A DNA stretch of 64,000 bases from Lama guanicoe (taxonomy: Eukaryota). The position numbers were made by a program, and so were the translations under genes. Below, piece after piece: positions 63,101 to 64,000 of the stretch. Numbering within the stretch: position 1 is the first letter of the stretch; each line of letters opens with the position of its first letter. The stretch lies in contig MU053810.1 of NCBI GenBank assembly GCA_013239625.1, positions 4,682,071 to 4,746,070 on the forward strand, read 5' to 3'. The notes beneath the pieces were generated by a model. It did not search any database. It had not been told where the DNA came from and was given only the letters and a program-made list of their open reading frames with translations.

Positions 63101-64000
63101 CCGCCCTGGCCTTGGCAGGAATCGCGGGGTAGCCGGGGTGGAAGCTGCCTTGGGTGGCCCTTCTGCTGATGAAAGCTGAATTTGGAGGGACAAGGACTTC
63201 GCAGACACTCATATGCTCTCAAATAGTTTTAAGGTAGGCTCTTAGCAAGATGTGGGACTTCCGTCCTTAGCTGCATTATGCCTGACTCCAGGATTCTGAA
63301 TGATGCCTTCGGAAAGAGAGGCAGACCAGGGGAAGAATCTATCCCCTGCATTTCCTTCTAAAATACCCTGCCCACCCAGTAATTTAACTTGTATGTAGAA
63401 CATTATTTTTAAAAAATCCACTGTGGAAGGGGGAAAAAAAGGCATTGTAAAGATACTAGCTTTGATCTCTGTGGTACTTTTTTTTTTCCTTCTGGACGGC
63501 AAATACATTTTCTTTCACTTGCTAAAGGTGTTTGAAGGGGGAAAAAGCATTTTTCATTTGTGTGCTTTCATGAGATAAGCAGAAAACCAGGTGTCTGGGC
63601 AAAGTAAACAATTAAATATTTAAATATTAACCAAATCTCTTTGAACGTGTTGTAAATATGGGCGCTTTATTGTTTCTTAAAGTGTTAGCTTTCCTTGCTC
63701 AGAATCTTGAAAGAAAATTTATGCTACCCGATGTTTATGGGTGGAGAGCTGCAGAGAAAGAATAATACTTTCTTGAGGAATGAAAAGAAAAGAAAAGCTG
63801 AAGTCATTTTTCTCCTTTGCCTTTTTTATGGTAAAGGAACTTAATGTCTGGATGATGGCGGACAACAGCTGAATCGTCTGTGAAAATCTTTTACCTGATT
63901 CTTAGGGGCAGACAAAGGAAATGGCCAAATTAAGGCTCCTTTCATCTGCCATAGTTACTGATGTTTTTAATTCCAGGAACATTCAGGACAGATCCCTTCT

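Overview
Mammalian genomic DNA, most likely camelid (Camelus/Vicugna/Lama), judged from several copies of a tRNA(Ala)-derived SINE resembling Vic-1. The whole window lies inside the + strand gene KIAA1217 (sickle tail homolog, SKT). Only two coding exons are visible, 22571-22769 and 59897-60095. Both are 199 nt, have canonical AG/GT sites, join in frame across a 37,127-nt intron, and encode the start of the AIP3-type domain shared with SRCIN1. The rest is intron rich in L1, L2, MIR, MLT1 LTRs, an ERV1/MER41-like LTR piece, Tigger and hAT MITEs and microsatellites. Almost all ORF-track entries are spurious. Two degraded coding fossils were found by manual translation: (i) a LINE ORF1p RRM/CTD-like relic on the - strand at ~45.1-45.6 kb that looks unlike the mammalian L1 ORF1 pieces elsewhere in the window, and (ii) a hAT-Tip100-type transposase relic at ~51.9-53.2 kb with a matching terminus at 53867. 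I found no convincing evidence of a wholly new biological system. Repeat family names come from recalled consensus sequences, repeat boundaries are approximate, and both need RepeatMasker/Dfam confirmation.
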